NCBI GenBank assembly: GCA_965198115.1 | Contig: OZ240241.1 | Coordinates: 320,001-384,000 of the forward strand | DNA length: 64,000 nucleotides | Reading direction: 5' to 3' | Source of the DNA: Candidatus Latescibacterota bacterium | GTDB lineage: Bacteria; Latescibacterota; UBA2968 | Part shown: positions 9,464-18,699 of the stretch, piece after piece | Layout: the number at the start of each line of letters is the position of its first letter | Position numbering within the stretch: position 1 is the first letter of the stretch | Notes under the pieces: model-generated | The model's database searches: none | Seen by the model: the letters and a program-made list of their open reading frames with translations, nothing else | Told to the model about the DNA's origin: nothing | Position numbers and translations under genes: made by a program

Positions 9464-11590
9464 GTGGATTTCGTTCAGAGCAGACGCTTTCTCGATACGC
9501 TTCCCGACTGGGAGACGGGTCGGCCGCCGAAGGGGCCGATCGAAGACTACCTCCCCCGCGAGCGGGCCTTACTCGCTCGATTGGGAAACCCGGAGCGTGC
9601 TTTTCGGTCGGTGATCGTTGGCGGGACGAACGGGAAAGGCACGACGGGCAGTTTTATCGCCGCGCTGGCACAGGCCGCCGGTCGAAGGGCTGGATTCTAC
9701 AGCTCCCCACACCTCCATTCGGTGCGCGAACGAATCCGACTGGATGGGGAGCCGGTGTCGCGTGAGGTGTGGGCGGAGGGAGTCGCTCGCATTCGGGACG
9801 CGACGGTCGGGTTCGAGGACGAGGGGGTCGGGGAATTCTCCAAGTTCGAGGCGATGACGGCGCTCGCCGCGTTGCTGTTCCACGAAGCAGACGTGGATGT
9901 GGGGGTGTTCGAGGTTGGGCTGGGAGGGCGATACGATTCGACGAACGCGTGGGACCACGAGGTTTCGGTTCTGACCGCGATCGACCTGGATCACGTCGAC
10001 TATCTGGGAACCACCCTGGGCGAAATCGCCCACGACAAGGTCCACATCGGACGTCGGGGGCGACCGCTCTACACGATGACGAACCAGCACGCGCTCGTTC
10101 GGGAGGCCATCGAGGAACGACGAGCAGAGATCGGGTTCGACCTGCGCTGGGTGTCGGCGGACGAGCAAGACGACCTTCCGGCGAGTGGAGCCCGGCGACC
10201 TCGCGTTTTTTGTGACAATGTCTGCCTCGCGCAGGCGGTGGCTGCGGATCTGTTCGACGTTACAGATGTGTCGGTCGCACGCGCGCTCGAGCTGCACGAC
10301 TGGCCAGGTCGATTCGAAGTCGTGCGGACCGTGCCGCCCATCGTACTGGACGGTGCTCACAATCCGGCCGCCGCTACCGAACTCGTGAACAGTCTACGAC
10401 GCACGGCGCCCGGGTGGCAGTTCGTCGTCGGAGGCGCCGTTGGTCACGACGCGCGCGGCTTGATAGAGGCGCTGATGCCGATCGCGGAGGGTTTTTACTT
10501 GACACGTTCGGATCATCCCAAGGCGTTGCCGGCTTCGGACCTCGTTCCCTACACCGGGAAGACGCCCCACCATCTGTTGCCGCCGGGCGTCGAGAGTCTG
10601 CGATCCTTCCTCCGCGCGGTCGACCGGCCGACCTGCGTGACGGGTTCGCTGCACCTCGTGGCACAAGCGCGACGGGCCCTCGACTTGCCCGCGGAGCTGG
10701 ACGGGATTACCGAGGATGTGTTGCTCGAATCTTTGGCCTGTTTGGCTCTGGCGGCAGAGGAGGAGGGTTTCGGGCTGGAGGCCGCGTCCGAAGACGGGAA
10801 TGTTCTTGTGATTCGCGGACTGCATCGACCGACGTATTTCCTGAGAAACAAGCATCCCTTCAACGATTACGTCACGGCGCGTCTCGCGGAAGACAAGGCC
10901 TATCAGTATGAACTCTTCACGGCGGCAGGTCTGCCAGTTCCCCTATCTATGAAGGTGTTCAACCCGCTCGCAGACGAACGTTTTCACCGCTATCGCACAC
11001 ATTCGTCCGTAGAGGATGCGCTGAGCGACGTGGAGGACCGGTTCAGTTACCCTGTGGTCGTCAAACGCAATCAGGGTTCGATGGCCCAGGGTGTTTACCT
11101 CGAGTTGAACCGCCAAGGGCTGCGTGCGCGTCTCACTCAGCTGTTCGAGTCGAGCGGGTTGTTTCAGAACGTTATTCTCGTCCAGGCTTACGTACCGGGT
11201 TCGGAGTATCGGGCCGTCGTCGGCGAAGGCAGGTTGTTGCTGGCGTATGAAAAGCAGGGCCCGATCGAAGAAGAAGACACCGACGATCTGAATCCCCTGC
11301 ACCACCAGGGTGGTCGGGCTGTGCGTGTCGAGGACGGGAATCTCCTCAAGGCCTTAGGGGAGATTGCCGAATCCTTGTATGAGGTCCTTCCCCTCGGATT
11401 TTGCGCGATCGATCTGATTGCAGGGGTGGATGGACTCGTAATTCTGGAGGTCAACCCCAACCCGGTCTGCTTCTTTTATAACACGGAATATGGCCGGGAG
11501 GACTTCGTGCGTATCTATCGTGATCTGCTGCGTCGACACCTGGCGACCAACGCACTGAACCTGGTTTCCGTGCGGTCGGATCAGGCGTGA
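9464..11590 (+). CDS. folC: Folylpolyglutamate/dihydrofolate synthase fused to a C-terminal RimK-like ATP-grasp domain
   Basis: FolC motifs GTNGKGTT, SSPHL, EVGLGGRYDSTN, WPGRFE, LDGAHN and TGSLHLV, then ATP-grasp motifs DKAYQY, YPVVVKRNQGSMAQGV, LVQAYV and IDLI...ILEVNPNP. Confidence 0.85.
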   Translation: MDFVQSRRFLDTLPDWETGRPPKGPIEDYLPRERALLARLGNPERAFRSVIVGGTNGKGTTGSFIAALAQAAGRRAGFYSSPHLHSVRERIRLDGEPVSREVWAEGVARIRDATVGFEDEGVGEFSKFEAMTALAALLFHEADVDVGVFEVGLGGRYDSTNAWDHEVSVLTAIDLDHVDYLGTTLGEIAHDKVHIGRRGRPLYTMTNQHALVREAIEERRAEIGFDLRWVSADEQDDLPASGARRPRVFCDNVCLAQAVAADLFDVTDVSVARALELHDWPGRFEVVRTVPPIVLDGAHNPAAATELVNSLRRTAPGWQFVVGGAVGHDARGLIEALMPIAEGFYLTRSDHPKALPASDLVPYTGKTPHHLLPPGVESLRSFLRAVDRPTCVTGSLHLVAQARRALDLPAELDGITEDVLLESLACLALAAEEEGFGLEAASEDGNVLVIRGLHRPTYFLRNKHPFNDYVTARLAEDKAYQYELFTAAGLPVPLSMKVFNPLADERFHRYRTHSSVEDALSDVEDRFSYPVVVKRNQGSMAQGVYLELNRQGLRARLTQLFESSGLFQNVILVQAYVPGSEYRAVVGEGRLLLAYEKQGPIEEEDTDDLNPLHHQGGRAVRVEDGNLLKALGEIAESLYEVLPLGFCAIDLIAGVDGLVILEVNPNPVCFFYNTEYGREDFVRIYRDLLRRHLATNALNLVSVRSDQA

Positions 11591-11698
11591 ACGGTCGGAT
11601 CGGCGGGATGCGCTTTGTGCCCCTACCTGCGCGATGCCGTCACCCCGGGCAAACCCTGAGCCGGGTGTGTCATCCTGGCTGACTATGTGGAGGTTGCT

Positions 11699-12442
11699 AT
11701 GAATCGAATAGGCTGGATGATCCGATTGTCCGCTCTGACGCTCGGTCTGATCGCTGCGTCTGGCTCTGCCCACGCCCAGAGCGAGTTCATCGTTTTCAAG
11801 GCGAAAATCCCGTTGGATACGGGCGCAGCGGTGCCCGACTCCGCCAGGCAAAACGACTTTTACATCAAGATCGGCACCGATCGGGGCATCCAGATCGGCA
11901 TGACGATGAACGTCTATCGCGACCACATCGTGGAAGCCGATATCGGCAGCATCACGTTCAAGACGACGCAGTTCATCGGACGGGTTCGTGTGTATGATGC
12001 GCAGCAGGATATGTGCGTCGGTCGCGTGATCGAGCTGGCCTCTCACGGCGATCCCCACCTGGACCGAACGGCCGTGATGATGGGGGACTATGTTCAGCCC
12101 GTGTTCGTCGTGTCCTCGGAGAATCTGTTCGACAAGGGGAGCAGCACGCTCCGTCCCGAGGCGATTCGGGAGCTCGACCGGGCGATCGCCTTTATCAAGC
12201 GGTTCAGACCGATCAAAGTGCGTGTGGAGGGTCACACGGACAGCGAAGGTCCCGATGACGTAAACATGCGGCTGTCTGAAAATCGCGCGGCTAGTGTGAA
12301 GGCGTATCTGGTCAGCCAGGGCGGTATTGCCGAAACCGTGCTGATTCCGGTCGGCTACGGTGAGCAAAAGCCGATCGCCTCGAACGATACGCCCGAGGGC
12401 CAGCGCAAGAACCGGCGGTTCGAAATCGTGATTGAGCAGTAG
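11699..12442 (+). CDS. OmpA/MotB-family peptidoglycan-binding protein with an N-terminal FlgT-C-like beta domain
   Basis: Signal peptide; FYIKIGTDRGIQIGM segment; EGHTDSEG, LSENRA and GYGEQKPIASNDTPEGQRKNRRFEI motifs. Confidence 0.85.
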   Translation: MNRIGWMIRLSALTLGLIAASGSAHAQSEFIVFKAKIPLDTGAAVPDSARQNDFYIKIGTDRGIQIGMTMNVYRDHIVEADIGSITFKTTQFIGRVRVYDAQQDMCVGRVIELASHGDPHLDRTAVMMGDYVQPVFVVSSENLFDKGSSTLRPEAIRELDRAIAFIKRFRPIKVRVEGHTDSEGPDDVNMRLSENRAASVKAYLVSQGGIAETVLIPVGYGEQKPIASNDTPEGQRKNRRFEIVIEQ

Positions 12443-12607
12443 AGCTTGCGGCCTGTGGCCCCAGCTGTTGGCCGTTCTCCGTTGTCCGGAATGCGGTTTT
12501 TGGGACTCGCGGGCTCTTGAGGATCATTTAAGTCGCGACTTGGTTTGGGTGTCCCTTTGGAGGCCGTTCGCCTTTGGCGAGCGGCCTTTTTCGTGTGTCG
12601 TATGGGC

Positions 12608-12635
12608 TCAAGTCGAATCGAGAAACGGCCGATAT
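12608..12635 (+). promoter_or_regulatory. Sigma28 (FliA) promoter
   Basis: TCAAG-N15-GCCGATAT upstream of ATG 12692. Confidence 0.7.
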
Positions 12636-12691
12636 AAAGAAGGGGAGCGGATCTCTACATCCCGACCTCACCACACTCACAGAATCTTCCG

Positions 12692-13689
12692 ATGATCGAT
12701 CTCTCTTCGTTTTCCAGCGCGTTTCCGAGTCTCGCATCGTTCTTCGCCGATCGTTCTCCACTGGCCGAACGTCTGCAGGGTGTCCCTCCGGATTCTCAGG
12801 CCCAGGAGGGGGCGAGCGATCGCGTCGAGCTGTCGCCGGAGAGCGCGCGACAGCGTCTGCTTTCGAACCTTGCAGGGCCTCGTTCGATCAACCCGGGGAG
12901 ACGCCTGCGATCGCTGTTCAGAATGGGACCTACGCACCGTCCACGGTCGTGAGTTCTTCGTTCGGTTTCTCGTTCAACCTGAACATCGAACACGAGCGGA
13001 CGCTTATCGCATCCCCCGTCTCCGTGCACGAACAGGGTGACCCGGTGGCCGCCGCCGTTCAGGCGAGGGAATCGAGCAGCCTCTACTACCAGTCGTCGCT
13101 GTTCGAATCGCGCCGGTCTATCGCCGGCGGTTTCAGCGAGGTCCGCCAGCTCCAGACCGAGCTGTTCTATAGCCGTTCACGCGAGCTGTCGGTCAGTATG
13201 CCGTCCGACCAGGCGGACCGATTCGGCCAGACGAGCGAACGTGTCGCACGCACCTTCCAGCTCGACATTTCCCTCGAGTTCTCGTTCCTCGGTCAGTTCA
13301 CGCGTCAATCGGAATCGATCGGCGAACTGGACAACAGTCTGCTCGATCGATACCTGGCGGGGACGGACGCGCGATCGGGATCGAACGGCGACGCCCTGTA
13401 AGCTTTCTTCGACCGCGTCGAGTCGGCACTCGATCAGGCGAAGTCGTTCGTGATGGCTTCGCTCGACGCCCTGTTCGCCCAGGCGGCAGACACGTTCGGT
13501 CTCGACGCACAGGGGATGGATGCCCTGAGTTCTTTCGTGACGGATGAACTGCACGCCTTCTTCGAGGAAGTCGACGGTTTCCTCGCTGAAAGCCGAGCCT
13601 CGTTCGGAGAGCCTGCTTCATCTCCCGAGGAGTTAGCTCCTCCGGCGCCCGAAGCAGACATTCAAGAAGAACCTGCCGCACTCGTCTGA
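12692..13689 (+). pseudogene. Sigma28-controlled hypothetical protein (about 330 aa) broken by a frameshift near 12895 and an in-frame TAA at 13399
   Basis: N-terminal DRVELS motif common in flagellar-regulon proteins. ORFs 12574..13401 and 13450..13689 share a frame and read DAL*AFFDRVESALDQ across the stop. Confidence 0.6.
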
Positions 13690-14013
13690 TCGATCCACCT
13701 GAAGGAGGTCGGTATGATCGGGACACCCGTCTCGTCCGCCGGCCATCCTGCCCCATCCAGTCGCTCGACCCACCCTCGAAAGCGCTCGAGCAAGCTCGCC
13801 AAACCCCGTACGCGACGCATCAAATCGTCCGCGAAAGGCGCCTCATACGATCGGATCCTGAGGCCTGAGTCGGGCAGCAACCTGGATTTCGCCTCGCGAC
13901 CCGAGAAGAATCCGACGGTTCTCGGGCGGAGAGAAGGTCTAACGAGCAGGCGTAATACATCGATGACTGCCCACAGGATCGTCGCAACCTACCGTCGAAG
14001 TCTGTCCTTTTTA

Positions 14014-14162
14014 CTTCAGATCAGGAGGTTCTCCGTCACCGGCTGACCTGTTGAAGAGGGCTTCGCCCTTTTCTGGTGTACGGTTGACGGTGGACCCCTC
14101 GCATCCGCTCGGGGCAGGCTCCGAGACGGCTCGCCCCATTGGCGGAGAGTAGAGGATAGAAG
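14014..14162 (+). ncRNA. Candidate structured orphan RNA
   Basis: Long nested hairpin at 14025-14098, two small hairpins and a closing stem, with several G-U pairs on +; followed by a terminator. No family recognised. Confidence 0.35.
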
Positions 14163-14175
14163 CTCAGATAACAAC

Positions 14176-14207
14176 AAGACCGAGCCAGTGCAACGGCTCG
14201 GTCTTTT
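14176..14207. terminator. Intrinsic terminator, probably bidirectional
   Basis: Perfect 11-bp stem AAGACCGAGCC/GGCTCGGTCTT ending in a T run on +. Confidence 0.75.
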
Positions 14208-14230
14208 GCGTTCGGACATGACTTCGCGGG

Positions 14231-17200
14231 TTACGTGCGTATGGCGCTCATGCGGTGGGTTCGCGTGTTGAACCGCTTGCCAGTCAGCAGCCGGGACAAG
14301 GTGTTGGACACGCGGAGGGTGATGCGGTTCCGTCCGTTCTTGAGGAAAGAGGATTTGCCTTCCCACGTGTAGGGGGACCACGGACGGACGCCGACGACGT
14401 GACCGTTGACGCTCAACTCGTAGACGTCGTCCGAATCGCGCAATTCTCGATCGAGGGTGACCGCGAAGCGGTCTAGTTTTGGCCGTTTGAGAGAGATTTC
14501 CTGTGTGTAGGCGACCGTTCCGGCGAAGAATGGCATTCGGTTATGGTCGAGATCTCCGAATGGACCTCGCTCGGGCAGTGCCCCGATGCGGTAGGCATCG
14601 GATCTCCACTTGCGGACGCCGAATTTTCCGAAGAGGTAGAAGGCGTCGACGAGCCCGTCGGAGAGTTTCGACACCTCCAACCGAACCGCGATGACATTTT
14701 TGCCCTTGTTCACGCGACGCCCAAGTGCGCACGTGAGGTTGCTGTTGTCGTATCGAAACGTGGGTCGAAAAGCGTTGTTCGGGAGTCGGGAACCGTTCAC
14801 GAAGACCTGGTACTCCCCGAGGATGGCACTGCGGTCGAGGACAAGAGACAACTTGCTCGGTACGATGTCGGCCTGGAACGTGGAGCGATACCAGACGACG
14901 AGGGGCAGTTCGACCTCGGGCTTTCCCTCCTCGTTAGCGTAGGTGAGGGGGACGTTCGTCTGGGAAACCGATCCCAATTGTTCTGAAAACAGAGCCGGTT
15001 CTACGGACGCCCATCGGCCGTCGTTTTGGCCGAGGGCTGCCCATCCATTCTTCGAACCACGGTCTTGCGGATCGATCTGCATCCGGAATCGGTCCAGACG
15101 CAGCGCATTGTCGGCCTCGGGATCGAGTCTCCAACTGCCTTCGAGCGACAGGTCGAGGGCGGCTGATTCCGGTAGCTCGACGTCCACTGATTCAGCTTTC
15201 GAGACGACCAGGAGGTGCGACGTATGCGCCTCAAAGCGGAGCTGCGTCGTCAAACGACCTCCCTCCGATTCGGTCGGGAGGGGTTTTCGAGCCCCAGTTT
15301 CGAGGTCCCACCGCTCGATCGAGTAGCCCCGACCGGGGGTCGTGATGCCGACGCGTGCGTCGAATCCGAACGCGGCGGTGTTGGCGAGGAAGACGATGTG
15401 TTGATCGTCGTCGACCCGCTCCTGGCAAAGCACGGCTCCGGTCGCCCGCTTTTCGGTTTGAACGAAGACGGTGCGGGGGGAGACCTGGTCGAGGACCTTG
15501 CCGAGGGCGTGGGTGCCGTTGTTTTCGACGACGCAGCCCCCCGTGCGCACGAGATGGAGATTTCCCCGATTGACCAGGTGGACTCCGAGCTCGTGGCCCA
15601 TGTAGTCCTTGATCATGCGGCCGGCTTCCATATCGGACAGTTTGGAAATGGCCTCGACGATGGACGGGCCCTCCTGGATGTCTTCGATCGGGAGCAGGCT
15701 GACCGAAATCACGATGCCTTCGTTGTTGATGAAATCCCGAATGACCTCGAATGCATCCCGCTCCAGGTTGGTAATGGGAGGGATGACCACGACGTCGTAA
15801 ACGCAGTCTCCCAGGTGGATCTCACGTCCGCGCACTTTCCCTTGCGCGAGCATTGCAGGGTCGAGGCAATCGAAGCTGCGCCCCATACGCGGCAGGGCCT
15901 CGAGAATGGCCGCCCAATCGGATCTAAGACGCTCGGCCAGTTTTTCCTCGTCGCTGTCGAAGCCATTGTAACGCCAGGCCTGGCCGGGATGACCGAGATG
16001 GGCGATCAGGGAGGTCCCTGGTTCCAGCAGGGCGACCCGGCTGGCACGGGTTCCGGCGGTGAGCGCGTAGGTCAGCCGACCGACGTAGTCGCTGACGGAA
16101 CGGTAGGATTCCCAGTGCGGGCTCTGGTTGAACTGGGATGCGGACCCGTCGTGCTTGCGGAGGCCGTCGAGTGTGTAGGCGAACCCGTGGGGATTGAAGA
16201 CGTTGCACCCTTCGGCGGCAAGATGGTCGACAGCCGACTTGATGTCTTTGGCCGAAAGGGACCATCCTGCGCCCTGGCCGACGGTCGCGAAGACGCGTCC
16301 CGAACCGGTTTGACGCGCTGCGGAGGCCGCGAAAACGGGGTTGAGCCTCGGATCGGCGCACGCCCCGTCGGGCGATTCTGCGTGACCCTTTTCCGTGCCT
16401 CCCCTGATGCCGGCGATATGCCCCGCATCGAGGTGCGCGCTCCTGAACAGGGGCACATCGGTGGCGAAGGACAGCTTGTTGTCGGCCGCCCACTCCGCGC
16501 AGGTTCGATGGTAGCTGAGCCGCAGGAGTTCGCTCAACGTTTGGAAGTAGTCGTAGCGGATCCTTGCGGTGTTGGGACCGAAGGGGGTGATGAGGGCGGG
16601 CAACTGCGACACGAGATCGTAGCCGTTCCGCGCTCGGTAAGCGTCTGGCAGAAGGCTCGACCAGGGGAGGTGTCCGGGCGGATCCGTTTCGCGTGTCGTG
16701 TAGAATCCCTTGACCGTTTTGCCGGCGTGTTTGCCGGACAGTTCCACGTAGGGCTGGAACGTCGATCGAATGTACGTCAGGACGGCTTCGCGGCTGAGCG
16801 GATCGAAGTGGGTGCCGGTCTGATCGGGCCCCCTGACCTCCTGCTGGAGGAACACGATCACGCGCCAGCGTCCCGCCGGCGCCTTCCAGTAGAGTCGCTG
16901 AATCGGATCGTGGGTTTCGAACTGGAGGTCGAAGAAAGGCTGGTCTGCGGACGTGCGCCGGAGTCGCTGGGCCCGGTGATCGACGCCGATAAAGCCATCG
17001 ATCTCCTCGGTATCCTCCCAGAGGCTGCGATCGCGACGAAGAGGGACCGCAACGGCACGAAGAACCGTGGCCCAGGGCAGCTCGAGATCGACTTGTTGTC
17101 CCCCCTGGACGGTCGTTTCGCGGAAGGTCAGATACTGGGCCCGGTGGCGTGGCTCGGTCAAGACGACACGTCCGCCTGTCAAGCCTCGCGCGTGGGGGAA

Positions 17201-17455
17201 AGCGTCGTGAAACCAGACGTGAAGGTCGTTCTGGCTGGCCGTTTCGACCGCGAGCGTGACACGATCGAACCAGATCTTTGACAGGTAGGGGATTCGGAGC
17301 CCGGCCCCGGCGGCAATGACGAATCCACCGACCCCCTTGTCGGCCATTTCGCGAATCTGGCGGACGAGTTCGGCTTCTTCGATATTCCCGTTCCAGAACC
17401 AGAACGGTGCCGGTCGACAGGCGCCCGGCGGGTTTTCGAATGTCTTAGGGTTCAT
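14231..17455 (-). CDS. Large GH106/GH2-like glycoside hydrolase-fold protein (1074 aa); catalytic acids appear lost
   Basis: PAPFWFWNG...QIREMADKGVGGF, IRYDYFQTLSEL and GCNVFNPHGFAYTLDGLRKHD motifs, plus C-terminal jelly-roll sugar-binding domains. Confidence 0.75.
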   Translation of the reverse strand: MNPKTFENPPGACRPAPFWFWNGNIEEAELVRQIREMADKGVGGFVIAAGAGLRIPYLSKIWFDRVTLAVETASQNDLHVWFHDAFPHARGLTGGRVVLTEPRHRAQYLTFRETTVQGGQQVDLELPWATVLRAVAVPLRRDRSLWEDTEEIDGFIGVDHRAQRLRRTSADQPFFDLQFETHDPIQRLYWKAPAGRWRVIVFLQQEVRGPDQTGTHFDPLSREAVLTYIRSTFQPYVELSGKHAGKTVKGFYTTRETDPPGHLPWSSLLPDAYRARNGYDLVSQLPALITPFGPNTARIRYDYFQTLSELLRLSYHRTCAEWAADNKLSFATDVPLFRSAHLDAGHIAGIRGGTEKGHAESPDGACADPRLNPVFAASAARQTGSGRVFATVGQGAGWSLSAKDIKSAVDHLAAEGCNVFNPHGFAYTLDGLRKHDGSASQFNQSPHWESYRSVSDYVGRLTYALTAGTRASRVALLEPGTSLIAHLGHPGQAWRYNGFDSDEEKLAERLRSDWAAILEALPRMGRSFDCLDPAMLAQGKVRGREIHLGDCVYDVVVIPPITNLERDAFEVIRDFINNEGIVISVSLLPIEDIQEGPSIVEAISKLSDMEAGRMIKDYMGHELGVHLVNRGNLHLVRTGGCVVENNGTHALGKVLDQVSPRTVFVQTEKRATGAVLCQERVDDDQHIVFLANTAAFGFDARVGITTPGRGYSIERWDLETGARKPLPTESEGGRLTTQLRFEAHTSHLLVVSKAESVDVELPESAALDLSLEGSWRLDPEADNALRLDRFRMQIDPQDRGSKNGWAALGQNDGRWASVEPALFSEQLGSVSQTNVPLTYANEEGKPEVELPLVVWYRSTFQADIVPSKLSLVLDRSAILGEYQVFVNGSRLPNNAFRPTFRYDNSNLTCALGRRVNKGKNVIAVRLEVSKLSDGLVDAFYLFGKFGVRKWRSDAYRIGALPERGPFGDLDHNRMPFFAGTVAYTQEISLKRPKLDRFAVTLDRELRDSDDVYELSVNGHVVGVRPWSPYTWEGKSSFLKNGRNRITLRVSNTLSRLLTGKRFNTRTHRMSAIRT

Positions 17456-17477
17456 AAGCCTTTTTTGAGGATGATCT

Positions 17478-18152
17478 CTACGGCCCCGTATCGATATCGA
17501 TGCCGAAGAATCCGGATGACAACATTCCTTGCACGATGGTCAGCAACCACGTGGCCAGGAGGCACGCCAAAAATGCCAGGATGTAATTTCTGCCCCTGTG
17601 ACTTCTCGTCCGTCTCTGAGCACGGCGTCGTCTTTCGGGACGCGTCTCGACCTGCGGCCGATCTCGCTGAAGCTGCTCGACACCGGCTCCAGGGGATATC
17701 GCCTGGGACTCCGGCTCTTCCTCTTTGACCTCTTCTGTTACCGGTGGACCGTCGTCGACCGTCGGTGCACTCTCGCCCGAGGGTGTCTGCTGAGCCAAAT
17801 CCTCGCTCCACATCGCGAGGACCTGCTCGACGACGACAACCAGGTCATCCTCTTCGAACGGCTTTCGGACGAATCCGCTCGCGCCAAGCTGGCCGAGTTG
17901 CTGCATCTTGTTCGGATCGATCTCGGATGAGACGATAACGACGGGGAGGTTCAGGTCCAGATCTTTGATGAATTCGAGGAGCGCCTCTCCCTGCACGGTC
18001 GGGAGGTAGAGATCGAGAAGTACGATGTCCGGCGGCGTTTCGTGGATCTCGGCGATGGCCTCGGTCCATTTATTGACGGATCGGATCCGGTATTCCCGGC
18101 TGTCCAGCGCCGATTCGAGCACCGTAGAGACTTCAGGTTCGTCATCGACCAC
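17478..18152 (-). CDS. Response regulator receiver domain with an acidic linker and a C-terminal TM helix
   Basis: VDDEP, PDIVLLDLYLP, VIVSS and VRKPF motifs; a basic patch precedes YILAFLACLLATWLLTIV. The true start may lie slightly upstream. Confidence 0.8.
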   Translation of the reverse strand: MVDDEPEVSTVLESALDSREYRIRSVNKWTEAIAEIHETPPDIVLLDLYLPTVQGEALLEFIKDLDLNLPVVIVSSEIDPNKMQQLGQLGASGFVRKPFEEDDLVVVVEQVLAMWSEDLAQQTPSGESAPTVDDGPPVTEEVKEEEPESQAISPGAGVEQLQRDRPQVETRPERRRRAQRRTRSHRGRNYILAFLACLLATWLLTIVQGMLSSGFFGIDIDTGP

Positions 18153-18210
18153 CAGGATTGGTCCGCAACTCCTCCAAATCCGGGTCCTCCCCGGGGGTGG
18201 GACATTTGCT

Positions 18211-18476
18211 TCAGCCGGCCGCGCACGCCTGACAGAGGTAAACCACGACTCGCCGGTCTCTAACGAATCGCGTCAGCTTGACGTCGCCTTCGGCCTGGCG
18301 ACACGACTCACACGGTCGCTGAAGGTCGGGTGTCGACTGCTCTGACTGGGCGAGACACGCATCACAGCTACTACGAGACACGCATCACAGCTACTATAAA
18401 CGACTGTTTTATATCCGTTTACGACTTCCGTCTTGGCCTGGGTTGCAGGACGCTCACCACAATGATCACAAATCAT
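18211..18476 (-). pseudogene. Small double zinc-ribbon (McsA N-terminus-like) protein frameshifted by a 23-bp tandem duplication
   Basis: Removing one repeat copy restores an 80-aa ORF: MICDHCGERPAT...YSSCDACLAQ...PCESCRQAEG...VYLCQACAAG*, with four CxxC motifs. Confidence 0.75.
18351..18396. repeat. Perfect 23-bp tandem duplication
   Basis: CGAGACACGCATCACAGCTACTA occurs twice in tandem. Confidence 0.95.
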
Positions 18477-18699
18477 CGCCTGACCATCCTGCTGAAACGT
18501 TTTATCTAGTTGATAATACGATACTTATGTACCCAAGCGTCGGACGGGCGCTTCACCCGATCGGCGCACGCCTGAAGCGGTGCCAATTTAATTTCTGCGA
18601 TCTGAAAGTCAAGAAAATTCAATAGATTGCACTCGCCGGGCGGCTTCTGAGTCAAGCTTTCGGTGGCCATCAACTTTCCTTTGTGTATAATTCAGGGCC

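Noticed and set aside
9464-11590. Cyanophycin synthetase
   Set aside because: CphA has ATP-grasp first and the Mur-ligase domain last. Here the order is reversed and the ligase has FolC-specific motifs.
11643-11670. c-di-GMP-I riboswitch (GGGCAAACCC)
   Set aside because: The GAAA-capped P2 and the second GCAAA stem are missing.
14086-14102. T-box motif (GGTGGACC)
   Set aside because: The match is partial, there is no specifier stem and no downstream gene on the same strand.
15215-17281. 688-aa ORF on the + strand (also 24130..25989 + and 40131..41774 -)
   Set aside because: These are antisense shadows of well-supported genes in GC-rich DNA and have no recognisable motifs.
18273-18476. True mcsA gene
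   Set aside because: Only N-terminal-type zinc ribbons are present, with no UVR domain and no ctsR-mcsB-clpC context.
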